This document shows positions 12,210 through 23,141 of a stretch of 64,000 nt of DNA, in pieces. The stretch is from contig CBDCJO010000002.1 of assembly GCA_965217865.1 (NCBI GenBank), positions 2,784,001-2,848,000 of the forward strand, in the 5' to 3' direction. The notes beneath the pieces were generated by a model. It saw nothing but the letters and a program-made list of their open reading frames with translations. It searched no databases and had not been told where the DNA came from. The translations under genes and the position numbers were made by a program. The stretch is from Candidatus Latescibacterota bacterium. GTDB taxonomy: Bacteria; Latescibacterota; UBA2968; SICM01. Each line of letters begins with the position of its first letter. Positions within the stretch are counted from its first letter, which is position 1.

Positions 12210-14597
12210 TCACGCTGCGACCAATTCGACCTTCTCCTCGACCGTTTTCGGTATCAGGGCTTCGTTCAGAACCTGGTCCATATGTTCCACGAAGACAAAA
12301 CGCAAATCGCTTCTGACGTGTTCCGGGATATCTTCCAGATCCTTCTCGTTCTCCCCGGGGAGAAGAACCGTCTTGATCCCGGCCCGATGTGCGGCGAGGA
12401 CCTTATCCCGCACCCCCCCGATCGGAAGGACCTTTCCCCGAAGCGTCACCTCCCCTGTCATGGCAACTTCCCGAAAGACCGGGCGTTTCGTCAGGGCAGA
12501 GGCGAGGGCCGTGGTCAGGGTCACGCCCGCCGAGGGACCGTCCTTAGGAACAGCGCCTTCGGGGATGTGGATGTGGATGTCCAGCTTTTGGAGGACAGCC
12601 TGAGTCAACCCGAGTTGTTTTGCCCGGCTCCGGATATAGGTCATCGCCGCCTGACCCGATTCCTTCATGACATCCCCCAGATGTCCCGTCAGCATGAACC
12701 CCCCCTTCCCCGGAACCGTCACCGCTTCCACGAACAGGATCTGTCCCCCCGTAGGCGTCCAGGCCAGACCCGTTACCACGCCGACCTCGTCGGAGGTTTC
12801 AGCCATCACCGATCGGAATCGGACAGGCCCCAGGTAGCCCTTGAGGTCTTCCGCTTTCACCTGGATCGTCTCCTCCCCATTCCTCACCACCTGCCGTGCG
12901 GCCTTGCGGCAAACCGTCCCGATCTCCCGCTCCAGGTTTCGAAGCCCGGCCTCCCGTGTATAACCCCGAACGATCCCGGTGAGGGCGTCGTCCGAGATAA
13001 CAAGCCGTTCTGTGGAAAGTCCGTGTTCGGAAAATTGCCTGGGGATAAGGAAACGGCGCGCGATCTGCACCTTCTCGGGCTCGGTGTAACCCGGAAGCTC
13101 CAGCACCTCCATTCGGTCGAGGAGAGCGGGAGGCACGGTATGGAGGACATTCGCCGTTGTGATGAACATGACCTTTGAAAGGTCAAACGCAACATCGAGA
13201 TAGTGATCGAGAAACGTATTGTTCTGCTGGGGATCGAGCACCTCGAGCAGGGCAGCAGCCGGATCCCCTCGGAAATCCTGCCCCATTTTGTCGATTTCGT
13301 CCAACATAAAGACCGGGTTGTTCGACTCCGCTCTGCGAATGCCCTAGATGATCCTCCCGGGCATCGAGCCGATATATGTCCTCCGATGGCCGCGGATGTC
13401 CGCCTCGTCGTGGACACCTCCAAGGGACATCCTCACGAACTTCCGACCCAGCGCCCGGGCGATGGACTGGCCCAGGGAGGTCTTGCCGGTCCCCGGAGGT
13501 CCCGCGAGGCAAAGAATCGATCCCCTCATGTCGGGTTTGAGTTTTCGGACGGCCAGGTAGTCCAGGATCCGATCCTTCGGTTTCTGCAGGCCAAAGTGGT
13601 CCTCGTCCAGGATCTTTTCGGCCGCATCCACGTCGAGGTGATCTTCGGTGCCTTTGTTCCACGGAATTTCGATCAGCCAGTCCAGGTAGGAACGGATGAC
13701 CGAAAATTCGGCCGCTGCCGGAGGCATCTTCGACATCCGGTTCAGCTCCTTTTCGGCCTCCTTCCGGGCCTCATCAGGCATCTCGGCTTTGTCGATCTGT
13801 TCCTTGACTTCGTTCATCTCGGCGGCCTGTTCGTCGACCTCCCCAAGCTCCTTCTGGATGGCCTTGAGCTGCTCTCGCAGGAAATATTCCCGTTGGGTTT
13901 TGTCCATCTCCCCTTTTACCTGGGACTGGATCTTGCTGCCCAGCTCCAACAGCTCAAGCTCCCGGTTAAGAAAGCCGGTCAGAATCCGGAGCCTCTCCTC
14001 CACGTCCAGGGTTTCCAGAATCGACTGCCGTTCTTCACGGCTCAGGTTGATGTGGGATGCGATAAAATCCGCTTGCGCACCCGGACCGGGCAGGCTTGAC
14101 ATAGCCAACCCCAGCTCCTCGGGCATGTTGGGAGCCACTGAAACGGCTTTCTGGAAGAGACTCACCGCGTTCCGGGCCAGCGCCTCAAGCTCGACCGTCT
14201 TCTCGAGTTTCTCATCCGCCCGCTCTACCAGCCCCTTGAGATAGGGCTCCTCGTCGGTGACTTTCAAGCGCCTGATTCTGGCGACCCCCTGGACCAGGAT
14301 CTGCACGCCCCCGTTCGGCAACCTGAGCAAACGAGCGATCACGGCCGCAGTGCCCACGTCGTAGAGGTTCTCGGGCTTCAGTCCCCCCTCGGGGTCCTTC
14401 AGGGAGAACATCCCGACCATTTTGTCCTCCGATACCGCGGCCGCATCGATGGTCCGGACCCGCTCGGGCTCTGTGGATACAAGAGGAAAGAGCATGAAGG
14501 GATAGACCACTGCCTCCGCAGACGCGAGGATGGGCAGCGAAGCCGGAATCACTGTCTTCTCTTCATCGTGTCCCTGACCTTTATTTTCTACGGCCAT
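12210..14597 (-). pseudogene. lon: Lon protease with an in-frame TAG at 13344-13346
   Basis: Lon N-domain, GPPGTGKTS, RGHRRTYIGSMPGRII*GIRRA..LDEIDK and PKDGPSAG; both ORFs are in one frame and the TAG replaces the usual Gln. Confidence 0.95.
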
Positions 14598-14667
14598 GTC
14601 CAAACCCCGTTCCTGGTTGGCTGAATAGAAGGGAGATTCAAAACACCTGTTTTCGAAAACCTCCACC

Positions 14668-15117
14668 CTACCCGTCTGTTACCCGGATGACCCGCGCAGA
14701 CTGGTCGACGCTTGTCTTTTGAAAGGAAACCTTCAGAAAGCCCTCGACATAAGCCGCACTGGCTGAGTTGGAATCCACCTTGGCGGGGAGATCAATCACG
14801 CGTTCAAAGTCCCCAAAGCAGACCTCCATCCGATGATAACGGCCCTCCGGTTCGGCCTTGCCCCTTTTTCGCTCCCCACGGATCGTCAATCTCTGTCCCT
14901 CAGCGATGATCTCCATGTGGTCCCGATCGATGCCGGGCAGTTCACACAGGACGACAAGCTCATCGTCTGTTTCATAAACATCGATCGGCGGCTCCCAGAG
15001 GCAGGGTGAAAACTTGGATCCTCCCCCGGAAGACCGGCTGATGTGGGACAAAAACTGTTCCATCTGCTTGTGTACATCCTCCAGGTTCTGAAATAAGTTA
15101 CGTCGTTTTTCGTCCAT
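14668..15117 (-). CDS. Hsp20/alpha-crystallin small heat-shock protein
   Basis: WEPPIDVYET..ELPGI..LTIRGER..GDFERVIDLP..AYVEGFLKV; upstream of lon. Confidence 0.93.
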   Translation of the reverse strand: MDEKRRNLFQNLEDVHKQMEQFLSHISRSSGGGSKFSPCLWEPPIDVYETDDELVVLCELPGIDRDHMEIIAEGQRLTIRGERKRGKAEPEGRYHRMEVCFGDFERVIDLPAKVDSNSASAAYVEGFLKVSFQKTSVDQSARVIRVTDG

Positions 15118-15373
15118 GGCGCTCATCCTGTTGAAGCAGTAGAAAAGGGGTTCCGATACCAGATGATTAAATCTACGTGTGGCCGCAAAAAATTCCAAGC
15201 CAAAAAGGATTGTTTAGGCCCCACTTTTCCCCCTGTCTATCCCCTGATCGATTCCCCTTGACATCTCAAACACCTCCCGTAAATTTCCTTAGTAATCCGT
15301 CGGGAGGGCACCCATGGACACCGGACCCCGTGGGGAGATCAATATCACGTTCTGCGTTCTGAGGAGAGTCGTT

Positions 15374-17668
15374 ATGTCACGTCTATGCATGGCTATTGTC
15401 TGTGTGCTCTGCCTTCAGCATCCGGGAAACCTGGCCGCCGTTGAGCCCACGGATAAAATCACGACCTTTGCGGGCGACGGAGGGCCTGCATATTCAGGGG
15501 ATGACGGTCCCGCAAACGAGGCCAAGTTAATGTCACCCGAAGGCGTTACCGTTGATGAAAAGGGGGTCATCTACATCGCCGACTCAGGAAATCACGTCAT
15601 CCGCCGCGTGGGCCTCGATGGGATCATCACGACCATAGCGGGAACCGGAGATTCGGGTTTTTCAGGGGACGAGGGACCGGCAACCGAGGCCCTCTTAAAC
15701 TATCCAACCGACGTGGCCGTAGATTCAAAGGGGAACATATACATCGTCGGCGGTAATCAGCGCGTCCGCCGCGTGGACCCGGACGGGATCATCACGACAT
15801 ATGCAGGTACGGGAAATATGGAAGCCGCGGGGGCTGGTGCTTTTAACGGGGAGGCAGGAGAGGCCACGAAGGTCGATCTGTGGAACCCGAGGGGGGTGGC
15901 TGTGGATGGATCAGGGAACCTGTATATCGCCGACGCATCGAATCACCGCATCCGCAAAGTGAGCCCGTTCTCGGGAATGCTCACGACTGTTGCGGGTTCG
16001 GGTCGGGGCGGAATTTTGGGTGGGGCGGGATCCCCGGGTGAGTTTTCAGGGGACGGAGGGCCAGCGACGGAGGCCAGGCTGGGATTCCCGACCGACGTGG
16101 CCGTTACTGCAAGCGGTGAAATCTACTTCGCCGACACGAGAAATTTCCGCATCCGCCTCGTGGAAGGCGGGAGCATAAGGACCTTTGCGGGGGGGAGGGG
16201 TGATAGACCCCGACCACCTACGACTTTGATCAGGGAGGACGTTAGGCCCACGGAGGCCGACTTTTTCCTCCCGTACGGCGTAGCCGTGGATGGAGAAGGA
16301 AACGTCTACATCAACGACCAAGGAAACCAGCGCATCCGGTACGTGACCCAGGGGAAGATATGGACACTTGCGGGTTCGGGGTCCGACTGGGATAGACTCG
16401 ATAATGTCGAAGGCAAATATTTCGGGGACGGGGGTCCGGCAAACCAGGCACGGTTGAACTTTCCCTTCGGAGTGGCCGCGGATGCGGAAGGGATAAACGT
16501 CTACATCGCCGACAGGGATAATAACCGCATCCGCCGCGTGGGGCCCGACGGGATCCTCGCCCTCATGGTCACATCCCTGGCGTTCGACACGACGGGGGTC
16601 GACGGGAGTTCCGAGCAGACCCTGGAGGTCCACAACATCGGGACCGGATCCCTGACCCTCACCGGGTTCTCGTTCAGCGGTACGGGAAGAAGGGATTACC
16701 AGGGACAGGAGACCCTCCCCACGATCGACGCCGGGGGCATCGAGACGATCACCGTAATTTTCACCCCCTCCAGAGAGGGGGCCCGGCCGGCCATCATGTT
16801 TGTGGAGTCCGACGTAGGGACCAAAGGGATCGACGTGACCGGGTTCTCCGTGGAGGGCGGTCCGGAGATCAGCCTGTCTGCCTCGGCACTGGCACTGGAG
16901 ACGGTCAGGATCGGTGAGAACGCCGTTCAGGGGACGATCACGATCACGAACCCGGGCGTCTCGGATCTGTCCGTCACCGGGATCACCCTTGAGGGGGCCG
17001 ATGTTTCGGAATTCGATGTCTCCCCGGCATCGGCCACGATCGCACCCGGGGGATCAGAGACCATAACGATCACATTCGATCCGGCCGCTATCGGGAATAA
17101 GTCGATCACCATGCTCCTCGATCACAACGCAGGGGACCAGCTCACCGTCGACCTGACCGCGGTCGCAGAAGGCGGACCCGTCCTCAATCTGCCGTCCGAT
17201 GTCGTGTCGTTCGACGGCGTGGAGGCGGAGACCACCGATCAGGGAACCTTCACGATCACCAATCCCGGCACCGAGGACCTCTCCATCACAGCGATCACCG
17301 TGGAAGGGACGCACGCTTCTGAGTACGAGGTCTCGACAGCTCAGGTCACGATCGCTTCAGGAGGGTCCGAGACGATCACAGTGATATTTTCTCCCACATC
17401 CTCCGGGACGAAGTCGGCCAGCCTCCTGATCGATCACAACGCGGGGGATCCCACGACCGTTCGCCTGTCCGGGGTGGTTTATGCCGCCGGGACATCTCCG
17501 GATTTCGACGGGACAGGCAAAGTGGATCTGGATGATTTCTTCCTGTTTGCAGTCGCATTCGGCCAGGAGCCGACAGGTGATAACGTCCGTTTCGATCTGG
17601 ACGGCAACGCCAAGATCGATTTTGACGACTTCTTCCTCTTCGCTGGGGCATTCGGGAAGACACTATAG
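15374..17668 (+). CDS. Secreted NHL-repeat protein with three ASH/choice-of-anchor-D Ig-like domains and a dockerin-like tag
   Basis: Signal peptide; GDGGPA..L..P.GVAVD..GN.YIAD..N.RIR repeats; three TITNPG..DLS.T.I repeats; PDFDGTGKVDLDDFFLFAVAFG. Confidence 0.88.
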   Translation: MSRLCMAIVCVLCLQHPGNLAAVEPTDKITTFAGDGGPAYSGDDGPANEAKLMSPEGVTVDEKGVIYIADSGNHVIRRVGLDGIITTIAGTGDSGFSGDEGPATEALLNYPTDVAVDSKGNIYIVGGNQRVRRVDPDGIITTYAGTGNMEAAGAGAFNGEAGEATKVDLWNPRGVAVDGSGNLYIADASNHRIRKVSPFSGMLTTVAGSGRGGILGGAGSPGEFSGDGGPATEARLGFPTDVAVTASGEIYFADTRNFRIRLVEGGSIRTFAGGRGDRPRPPTTLIREDVRPTEADFFLPYGVAVDGEGNVYINDQGNQRIRYVTQGKIWTLAGSGSDWDRLDNVEGKYFGDGGPANQARLNFPFGVAADAEGINVYIADRDNNRIRRVGPDGILALMVTSLAFDTTGVDGSSEQTLEVHNIGTGSLTLTGFSFSGTGRRDYQGQETLPTIDAGGIETITVIFTPSREGARPAIMFVESDVGTKGIDVTGFSVEGGPEISLSASALALETVRIGENAVQGTITITNPGVSDLSVTGITLEGADVSEFDVSPASATIAPGGSETITITFDPAAIGNKSITMLLDHNAGDQLTVDLTAVAEGGPVLNLPSDVVSFDGVEAETTDQGTFTITNPGTEDLSITAITVEGTHASEYEVSTAQVTIASGGSETITVIFSPTSSGTKSASLLIDHNAGDPTTVRLSGVVYAAGTSPDFDGTGKVDLDDFFLFAVAFGQEPTGDNVRFDLDGNAKIDFDDFFLFAGAFGKTL

Positions 17669-17707
17669 TCACTCCTCTGCAATGCGGCCTAATAAGGGAA
17701 ATGGAAA

Positions 17708-18464
17708 ATGGGATATGACCCACCCCGCCCCGGCTTAAGTCACGCCGGGGCACGCCTCTTGGGAGGGGATTTAGGGGTGGGTCTGAGGCGGGGTGAGGGA
17801 GCATCGCGGAACCCCGATTAGTTGATTTCGAATTGTAAACCTCAAACGCCTCCCCGAGTCACGAGTCACGATCCACGGGTTTTTGGCACATACTGCAGTA
17901 ATCTTGCCTCATAAAAGGGCTCCCGATTGGGAGCCCTTTTTTATCCTTAGTTTCAAGCCAGAGATCAACGAACAATCCCTAAAGGGGTTTGCTGGTAGAA
18001 CGCTGAAGATTGCCCTTCCTCGTGTAACGGTGATGTTCAGCAGAATCTCAGGTGTGGTGCATGGGATTCGGAATTGGATAGATGAGCATGGGATATGACC
18101 CACCCCGCCCCGGCTTAAGTCACGCCGGGGCACCCCTCCCGGGAGGGGATTGGTGAAGTCCCCTCCTTGGAGGGGATTTAGGGGTGGGTATGAGGCGGGG
18201 AGAGGGAGCATCGCGGAACCCCGATTAGTTGATTTCGAATTGAAAACCTCAAACGCCTCCCCGAGTCACGAGTCACGGCTTCTCCGATCCACGAGTCACG
18301 AACCACGATCCACGGGTTTTTGGCACATACTGCAGTAATCTTGCCTCATACAAAAGGGCTCCCGATTGGGAGCCCTTTTTATCCTTAGTTTCAAGCCAGA
18401 GATCAACGAATAATCCATAAAGGGGTTTGCCGGGAGTGCGCTGAAGATTCCCCTTCCTCGTGTA
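17708..18464 (+). repeat. Imperfect tandem duplication (17708-18026 / 18088-18464) separated by a DUF559 3' fragment
   Basis: Both copies carry ATGGGATATGACCCACCCCGCCCCGGCTTAAGTCACGCCGGGGCAC, heptamers and the hairpin AAAAGGGCTCCC-gatt-GGGAGCCCTTTT; the spacer encodes ..GVVHGIRNWIDEHGI*. Confidence 0.9.
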
Positions 18465-18595
18465 TTGGTTCAAATCAAAGAATCGTAGAGGTATTTTCTT
18501 GAGCCCGACACAGAATCGCCTTATATTCCGAAACGGCCGTAGAATTAGGGAATGTCGGACATTAATCCCAAAAACGCCATAAAAGGTGATCGATC

Positions 18596-19457
18596 ATGGT
18601 GGATTCTTCTTCAACCCGACAATCGGTACACATCCCACGCATAGACGATCACGACTGGAGCCAACTCACACTCGGGCAGCGCATTCGGCAGCTCGAAGTC
18701 GAAGGCTACCTGGTCATCCCCGATTTGCTCTCCGATGATCATATCGCGCACCTCAAAGAACAGACCGCTCAATTTGAAACCACCCACGTGGACTACAGCG
18801 TTCATCAGCGGGGGTTGCAAAGCATCCAGTTCACCGGTGGGGCCATCACAGAACTGATCGCGTTCCCTCCTATGATCGAATTCCTCAAAAATCTGTGCGG
18901 AGACCAGGTGGTTTTGATGTCCTACGACTACTCCCGCTCCGAACCCGGGCATCAGCCTGCACTGCGACGGTCAGCCTTGGGGATCGAGGATCTTCGAGGC
19001 CGAATACACCTGTCCCAAACTGATCCGAGTGCTCTACTACCTGGACGATCTGATACCCGAAGTTTCACCCTTCCGCGTGGTTCCGCGGTCGCATCTGAGC
19101 TACCATAACGAGGCCAACCCCTACCTGCGCTACGAAGAACACCCCGAGGAAGTCATGGTGACGTGCAGGGCAGGTTCTGCGGCCCTGTTCAACAACTACG
19201 TGTTCCACGGAAACTACCCCAACACAGGTGCCTACGCGCGGGAGGCGTTGCAGCTCTCCTACCGACCCGCCTGGGCAGGCCCATGCGACGATGTCGAACC
19301 GTGGGACAGGGATAAAGTGGCCCGGGTCTCACCCTCCGTCCGGGAGCTTATGGGCGATCGCAGCGCCCGCATCTGGGTCTACGAAGGCGGAAACAAACCG
19401 TCCGATATGCCCCGCGAAGCTCGTGGTATGAACCCAAGCCGGTGGGAACGTGAGTAG
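18596..19457 (+). pseudogene. Phytanoyl-CoA dioxygenase (PhyH)-family protein, frameshifted
   Basis: EVEGYLVIPDLLS, ISLHCDGQP, YYLDD..PFRVVPRSH and FHGNYPN; frame break at about 18950 (EPG|ISLH), consistent with loss of one copy of a CCGGGCAT repeat. Confidence 0.85.
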
Positions 19458-19569
19458 ATTTTAACGGAGCTTGGCTCCGACCGCTGAACATAAACGTGGG
19501 CCGCTGAAAAAATTCTCAACCATTCTCATTCTTCTTCTACTATATAAGGTGAACCCATCAGCATAATAA

Positions 19570-20241
19570 ATGGACACGCGTGTTCAGGAGGAAAGAATGG
19601 CTGATTTTTCAGAATTTCAAGCGGACACCGCCCAAAACAACCGGGTCATACAATTGAGCCTCGGGGAGATAGACACCGACGTCCTCGCTGCAGCTCTTAC
19701 CGGCTTTACGGACGATCTACGGGAGATGGTCTACCGCAATGTGTCGCGGAGAGTCGCTGGGCTATGCAAGGGGGCGGTGGAAGAAAAAACGGACAACATA
19801 TCGAAGGCTCAGGTCAACGCGGCCCAGGAAGTGTTCATGCAATTGCTTAATAGAAATTTGAAATCTGTTGAAGGATTGAAATTTGGTAGAGGTGAGAGGA
19901 AACTCCCGGAAATTGCTCTGGATTCTGATGAAGAGGTGATATCTACTTTTAAGTCACTGGCCGCCTATGTGCGAACGCACGGCGTTCTCCCTTTGGAAGG
20001 ATTGGAGAACTCGATAAGAAATCCATTCATGAAGAAAGGGATTGAATTATTGGTCGATGGGTATGAACCCTTACTGATGCGTTCCATTCTGGAGAGATAC
20101 AGGGATTCTTATCTACAAAGTGTGAAATTGCGGCTCGATATGATACTTGACGGCATAGATTCTCTCGCATCCCGACATTATCCCGACTGCGTTGAAGAGA
20201 TCCTGAAAGGCTATATACAAAGAGCCAGCCGTCTCGAATGA
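19570..20241 (+). CDS. FliG C-terminal-like domain fused to a MotA-cytoplasmic-like domain
   Basis: IQLSLGEIDTDVLAAAL..MVYRNVSRRVA..VNAAQE (FliG_C-like); VRTHGVLPLE..NPFMKKGIELLVDGYEP..RSILE (MotA-like). Confidence 0.6.
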   Translation: MDTRVQEERMADFSEFQADTAQNNRVIQLSLGEIDTDVLAAALTGFTDDLREMVYRNVSRRVAGLCKGAVEEKTDNISKAQVNAAQEVFMQLLNRNLKSVEGLKFGRGERKLPEIALDSDEEVISTFKSLAAYVRTHGVLPLEGLENSIRNPFMKKGIELLVDGYEPLLMRSILERYRDSYLQSVKLRLDMILDGIDSLASRHYPDCVEEILKGYIQRASRLE

Positions 20242-20699
20242 ACACCCCCCGATTTACTCAGATACTTCAGGATTACGGTCCGACGATTCGAAGATATCTG
20301 AATCGAAAATGTAACAATCTTGATGATGTTGATGATCTTTATCAGGAATGCGTTTGTGCTATCTTCCAGGCTTTACCAAGGTTCGCGGGCCGGTCCAGCG
20401 TATCGACATGGATTTTTGGAATCTGCCGAAATGTGTTTTCGAACTATATTCATCGTAAAAAAAGAGATTTAAATCTCAGAGATAGACTGCTGACACACGC
20501 CGTAAATCATAATTCACGAGAAACACATGATCTACGCCTTCTGATTGACAGGCTTCCTGCCGTACTGCAAAAGTTACACCAGCTATACTACGCTGAAGGT
20601 CTCTCCATTAAGGAAATCTCGATTGTCTTAGACAAAGCGGAAGGAACGATCAAATACTTATTATATCGTCTGAGGAACGAATTGAGAGAAATGTTATGA
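20238..20699 (+). CDS. ECF RNA polymerase sigma factor
   Basis: VDDLYQE..FAGRSSVSTWIFGICRN (region 2); EGLSIKEIS..EGTIKYLLYR (region 4). Confidence 0.92.
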   Translation: MNTPRFTQILQDYGPTIRRYLNRKCNNLDDVDDLYQECVCAIFQALPRFAGRSSVSTWIFGICRNVFSNYIHRKKRDLNLRDRLLTHAVNHNSRETHDLRLLIDRLPAVLQKLHQLYYAEGLSIKEISIVLDKAEGTIKYLLYRLRNELREML

Positions 20700-20756
20700 T
20701 CGATTTCACTCATTATCCGCCGCCATGATTTGAATTTCATTCGAAAGTCCGTGTGA

Positions 20757-21662
20757 ATGGATCCTAATTTTACTTTCGAGCCTACCTCCTTCAGCGAACA
20801 GGGGACCTGGGTCAAAGCCGGGTTCCACTGCCACACGACAAATTCCGATGGCGGTTTGAGTCCGGAAGAGACCGTCGGCTATTTCCGCGAAAAAGGTTAT
20901 AGATGTCTCGGCATTACCGACCACGGAAAGGTGACCCCCGTTGCTTCATTTTCGGATCGTGACTTCATCGGCATCGACTCGACCGAAAACGGAGGCGATC
21001 CAGACATAGTCGGTGTTGGCGTCAGTTCAGCACTTCCCGCGGATAGTCCTCTTGCCGATCGTGCGAGAGGTTTCGCGGAGCAGGGGGGGTTCACGATCGC
21101 CGTGCATCCAACCTATTGTCGAGTGACCCCTGAAGAATACTTGGGGTGCCCGGAACTGATGGCCATGGAGATATACAATGCCTATTGCGACGAGGCATAC
21201 ACCAATGGGGTCGCCACGGAGCTATGGGATATGGTCCTGGGACAGGGAAAGAAAATCTGGGGGGTCGCAGGGGATGACGCGCACCTCAATCCCCGGAAGG
21301 GCTATTATTCCGACGCGGGAAAGGCGTGGGTTGAAATCTGGACAAATGATTTCACGCGGGAGGGAATTATCAATGCCATGAAGTGTGGAGCCTTCTATTC
21401 AACCCAGGGGCCCGGCTTCACCTCACTCTCTGTAACCGATTCTCATATACAGATTGAATGCACACCTGTGAAACAGGTGCGATGGCGGACGTTCGGGAGG
21501 GTGGGATATGTCCACCACGCCGGAGAGGGAAATCAGCTCACAACGTCCCGACTGCCTGAGCGATTTAAAGCAGACACATTTGTCCGTGTCGAATTGATCG
21601 ATCGGGATGGAAAGAAAGTCTGGTCTAATCCGTTTTTCCTGACGCAAAGCGCCAAGCCATAG
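20757..21662 (+). CDS. PHP-domain (CehA/McbA-like) metallohydrolase
   Basis: HCHTTNSDG, ITDH, HP, EIYN and GDDAH motifs. Confidence 0.88.
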   Translation: MDPNFTFEPTSFSEQGTWVKAGFHCHTTNSDGGLSPEETVGYFREKGYRCLGITDHGKVTPVASFSDRDFIGIDSTENGGDPDIVGVGVSSALPADSPLADRARGFAEQGGFTIAVHPTYCRVTPEEYLGCPELMAMEIYNAYCDEAYTNGVATELWDMVLGQGKKIWGVAGDDAHLNPRKGYYSDAGKAWVEIWTNDFTREGIINAMKCGAFYSTQGPGFTSLSVTDSHIQIECTPVKQVRWRTFGRVGYVHHAGEGNQLTTSRLPERFKADTFVRVELIDRDGKKVWSNPFFLTQSAKP

Positions 21663-21709
21663 CTAATATCAACCTCAACTTGAACTGAATTCTTATCGAC
21701 GTAGAAGAT

Positions 21710-22567
21710 ATGGCACCTCGATTATTAGAAGGCAAGCCGGTTGCCGAGGAAGTCCTTGCAGAAGTCCTCGGGCGATCGAAAAAGCTCAAGGAACACGGTA
21801 TAATACCGGGATTGGGAACGATACTGGTCGGAGACGATCCTGCAAGTGCAGGATATATTCGAAAGAAGCACGAGACCTGCCAGGGGGTAGGTTTTCGGTC
21901 ATTCGACGTGCACATCCCGGCAAATGCAGATCAGGATGATCTCCTTTTAGCCGTGAGAGACTTCAATGAAAATCCCGAAGTTGACGGTTTTCTCATACAG
22001 TACCCGGTACCCAAGGGTTTCGATTTCGGAGAAGCGGTCAAGGCAATCGACCCGGAAAAGGATGCGGACGGATTGCATCCTTCAAATCTGGGCAAACTGG
22101 TGCTCCAGGAGCCGGGACCTCTTCCGGCAACTCCTGCGGGCATCCGGGCCATGTTGATTCATTATCAGATAGATATCTCTGGCCGGGAAGTTGTCATAGT
22201 CGGCCGAGGCCCTACTTTAGGACGTCCTTTGGCCCTTCTGCTTTCCCTGAAACAATCCGGTGCGAATGCAGTGGTAACCGTCGTGCATAGCGGGGTCCCC
22301 GACATTTCGAAGTTTACCAAACGGGCGGATATCGTGGTGGCTGCAGCAGGCGTTCCGGGAATTGTCACCAGAGATATGGTAAAACCCGGAGCGGTTGTCA
22401 TAAGTGGCGGTATCACCTGGGAAAGCAAACGCCTCGTACCCGACGTGGATGAATCCGTCGCTGAAGTCGCGGGATGGATAACGCCCAGGCTGGGGGGAGT
22501 CGGGCCGACGACAGTTGCAATGCTCCTGCGAAATGCCGTGGGTTGCGCTGAAAAAAGAAAAAGATGA
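21710..22567 (+). CDS. folD: Methylenetetrahydrofolate dehydrogenase/cyclohydrolase
   Basis: ILVGDDPAS..Y..K, PEKDADGLHP.NLG and GGVGPTTVAMLL. Confidence 0.95.
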   Translation: MAPRLLEGKPVAEEVLAEVLGRSKKLKEHGIIPGLGTILVGDDPASAGYIRKKHETCQGVGFRSFDVHIPANADQDDLLLAVRDFNENPEVDGFLIQYPVPKGFDFGEAVKAIDPEKDADGLHPSNLGKLVLQEPGPLPATPAGIRAMLIHYQIDISGREVVIVGRGPTLGRPLALLLSLKQSGANAVVTVVHSGVPDISKFTKRADIVVAAAGVPGIVTRDMVKPGAVVISGGITWESKRLVPDVDESVAEVAGWITPRLGGVGPTTVAMLLRNAVGCAEKRKR

Positions 22568-22690
22568 CGCTGTCGAGTCCGAGTTTCGTGACCGTGAACA
22601 AAAGAAGAGGCGGCCGTCCCGGCCGCCTGTAGATGATAAGCCTTCCTGTTTTCCGTATCAAAGATCACGCGATAATGCTATTGCTTCCCT

Positions 22691-23078
22691 CCTATCGCGG
22701 CCTTCGTTTCACTCAGCCGCAACCAAAAAGATGTACGCATCTTGCGTAGAAGTCATACTGTTAAGACTCTAAATCTCCTCCCCGGAGGGGTGCCCCGGGC
22801 GTGACTTAAGCCGGGGCGGGGTGGGTCATATCCCATTCTCATCTATCCAATTCCGAATCCCATGCAGCACACCTTCGAGATTCTGCTTAACATCCCCCTC
22901 AATAAATCGCAGCACCCGAACACCGAGCCTCTCCAATCTATCCTGTCTTGCCTTATCTCTAAGGTAATGCGTCTATCTGAGGATCTTTCTCACACCCATC
23001 CCTATCGCGGGCTCCTTTCACTCCGCAACCAAAAAGATGTACGCATCTTGCGTCGAAGTCATACTGAAGACTCTAAAT
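22691..23078. repeat. About 80-bp direct repeats (22691-22774 / 23001-23078) bracketing a DUF559 relic
   Basis: CCTATCGCGG..CCGCAACCAAAAAGATGTACGCATCTTGCGT.GAAGTCATACTG..AAGACTCTAAAT occurs twice. Confidence 0.88.
22826..22966 (-). pseudogene. DUF559 (Vsr-like endonuclease) C-terminal relic
   Basis: Manual translation YLRDKARQDRLERLGVRVLRFIEGDVKQNLEGVLHGIRNWIDENGI*, followed by the same palindrome seen at 17708 and 18088. Confidence 0.8.
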
Positions 23079-23141
23079 GCATCCCTCCCATTCGGCCGAA
23101 GTAAATTATGGCCTCCTTCCAGCTTCCGCGCTGAACATGGC

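Noticed and set aside
13344-13346. TAG in lon (and at 48169) as Gln or pyrrolysine recoding
   Set aside because: TAG is the normal stop of several intact genes here and TAA/TGA lesions also occur, so a point mutation or error is simpler.
17883-17897. Sigma-54-like TGGCAC..TGCA in the tandem repeat
   Set aside because: The GG-GC spacing is 8 nt, not 10.
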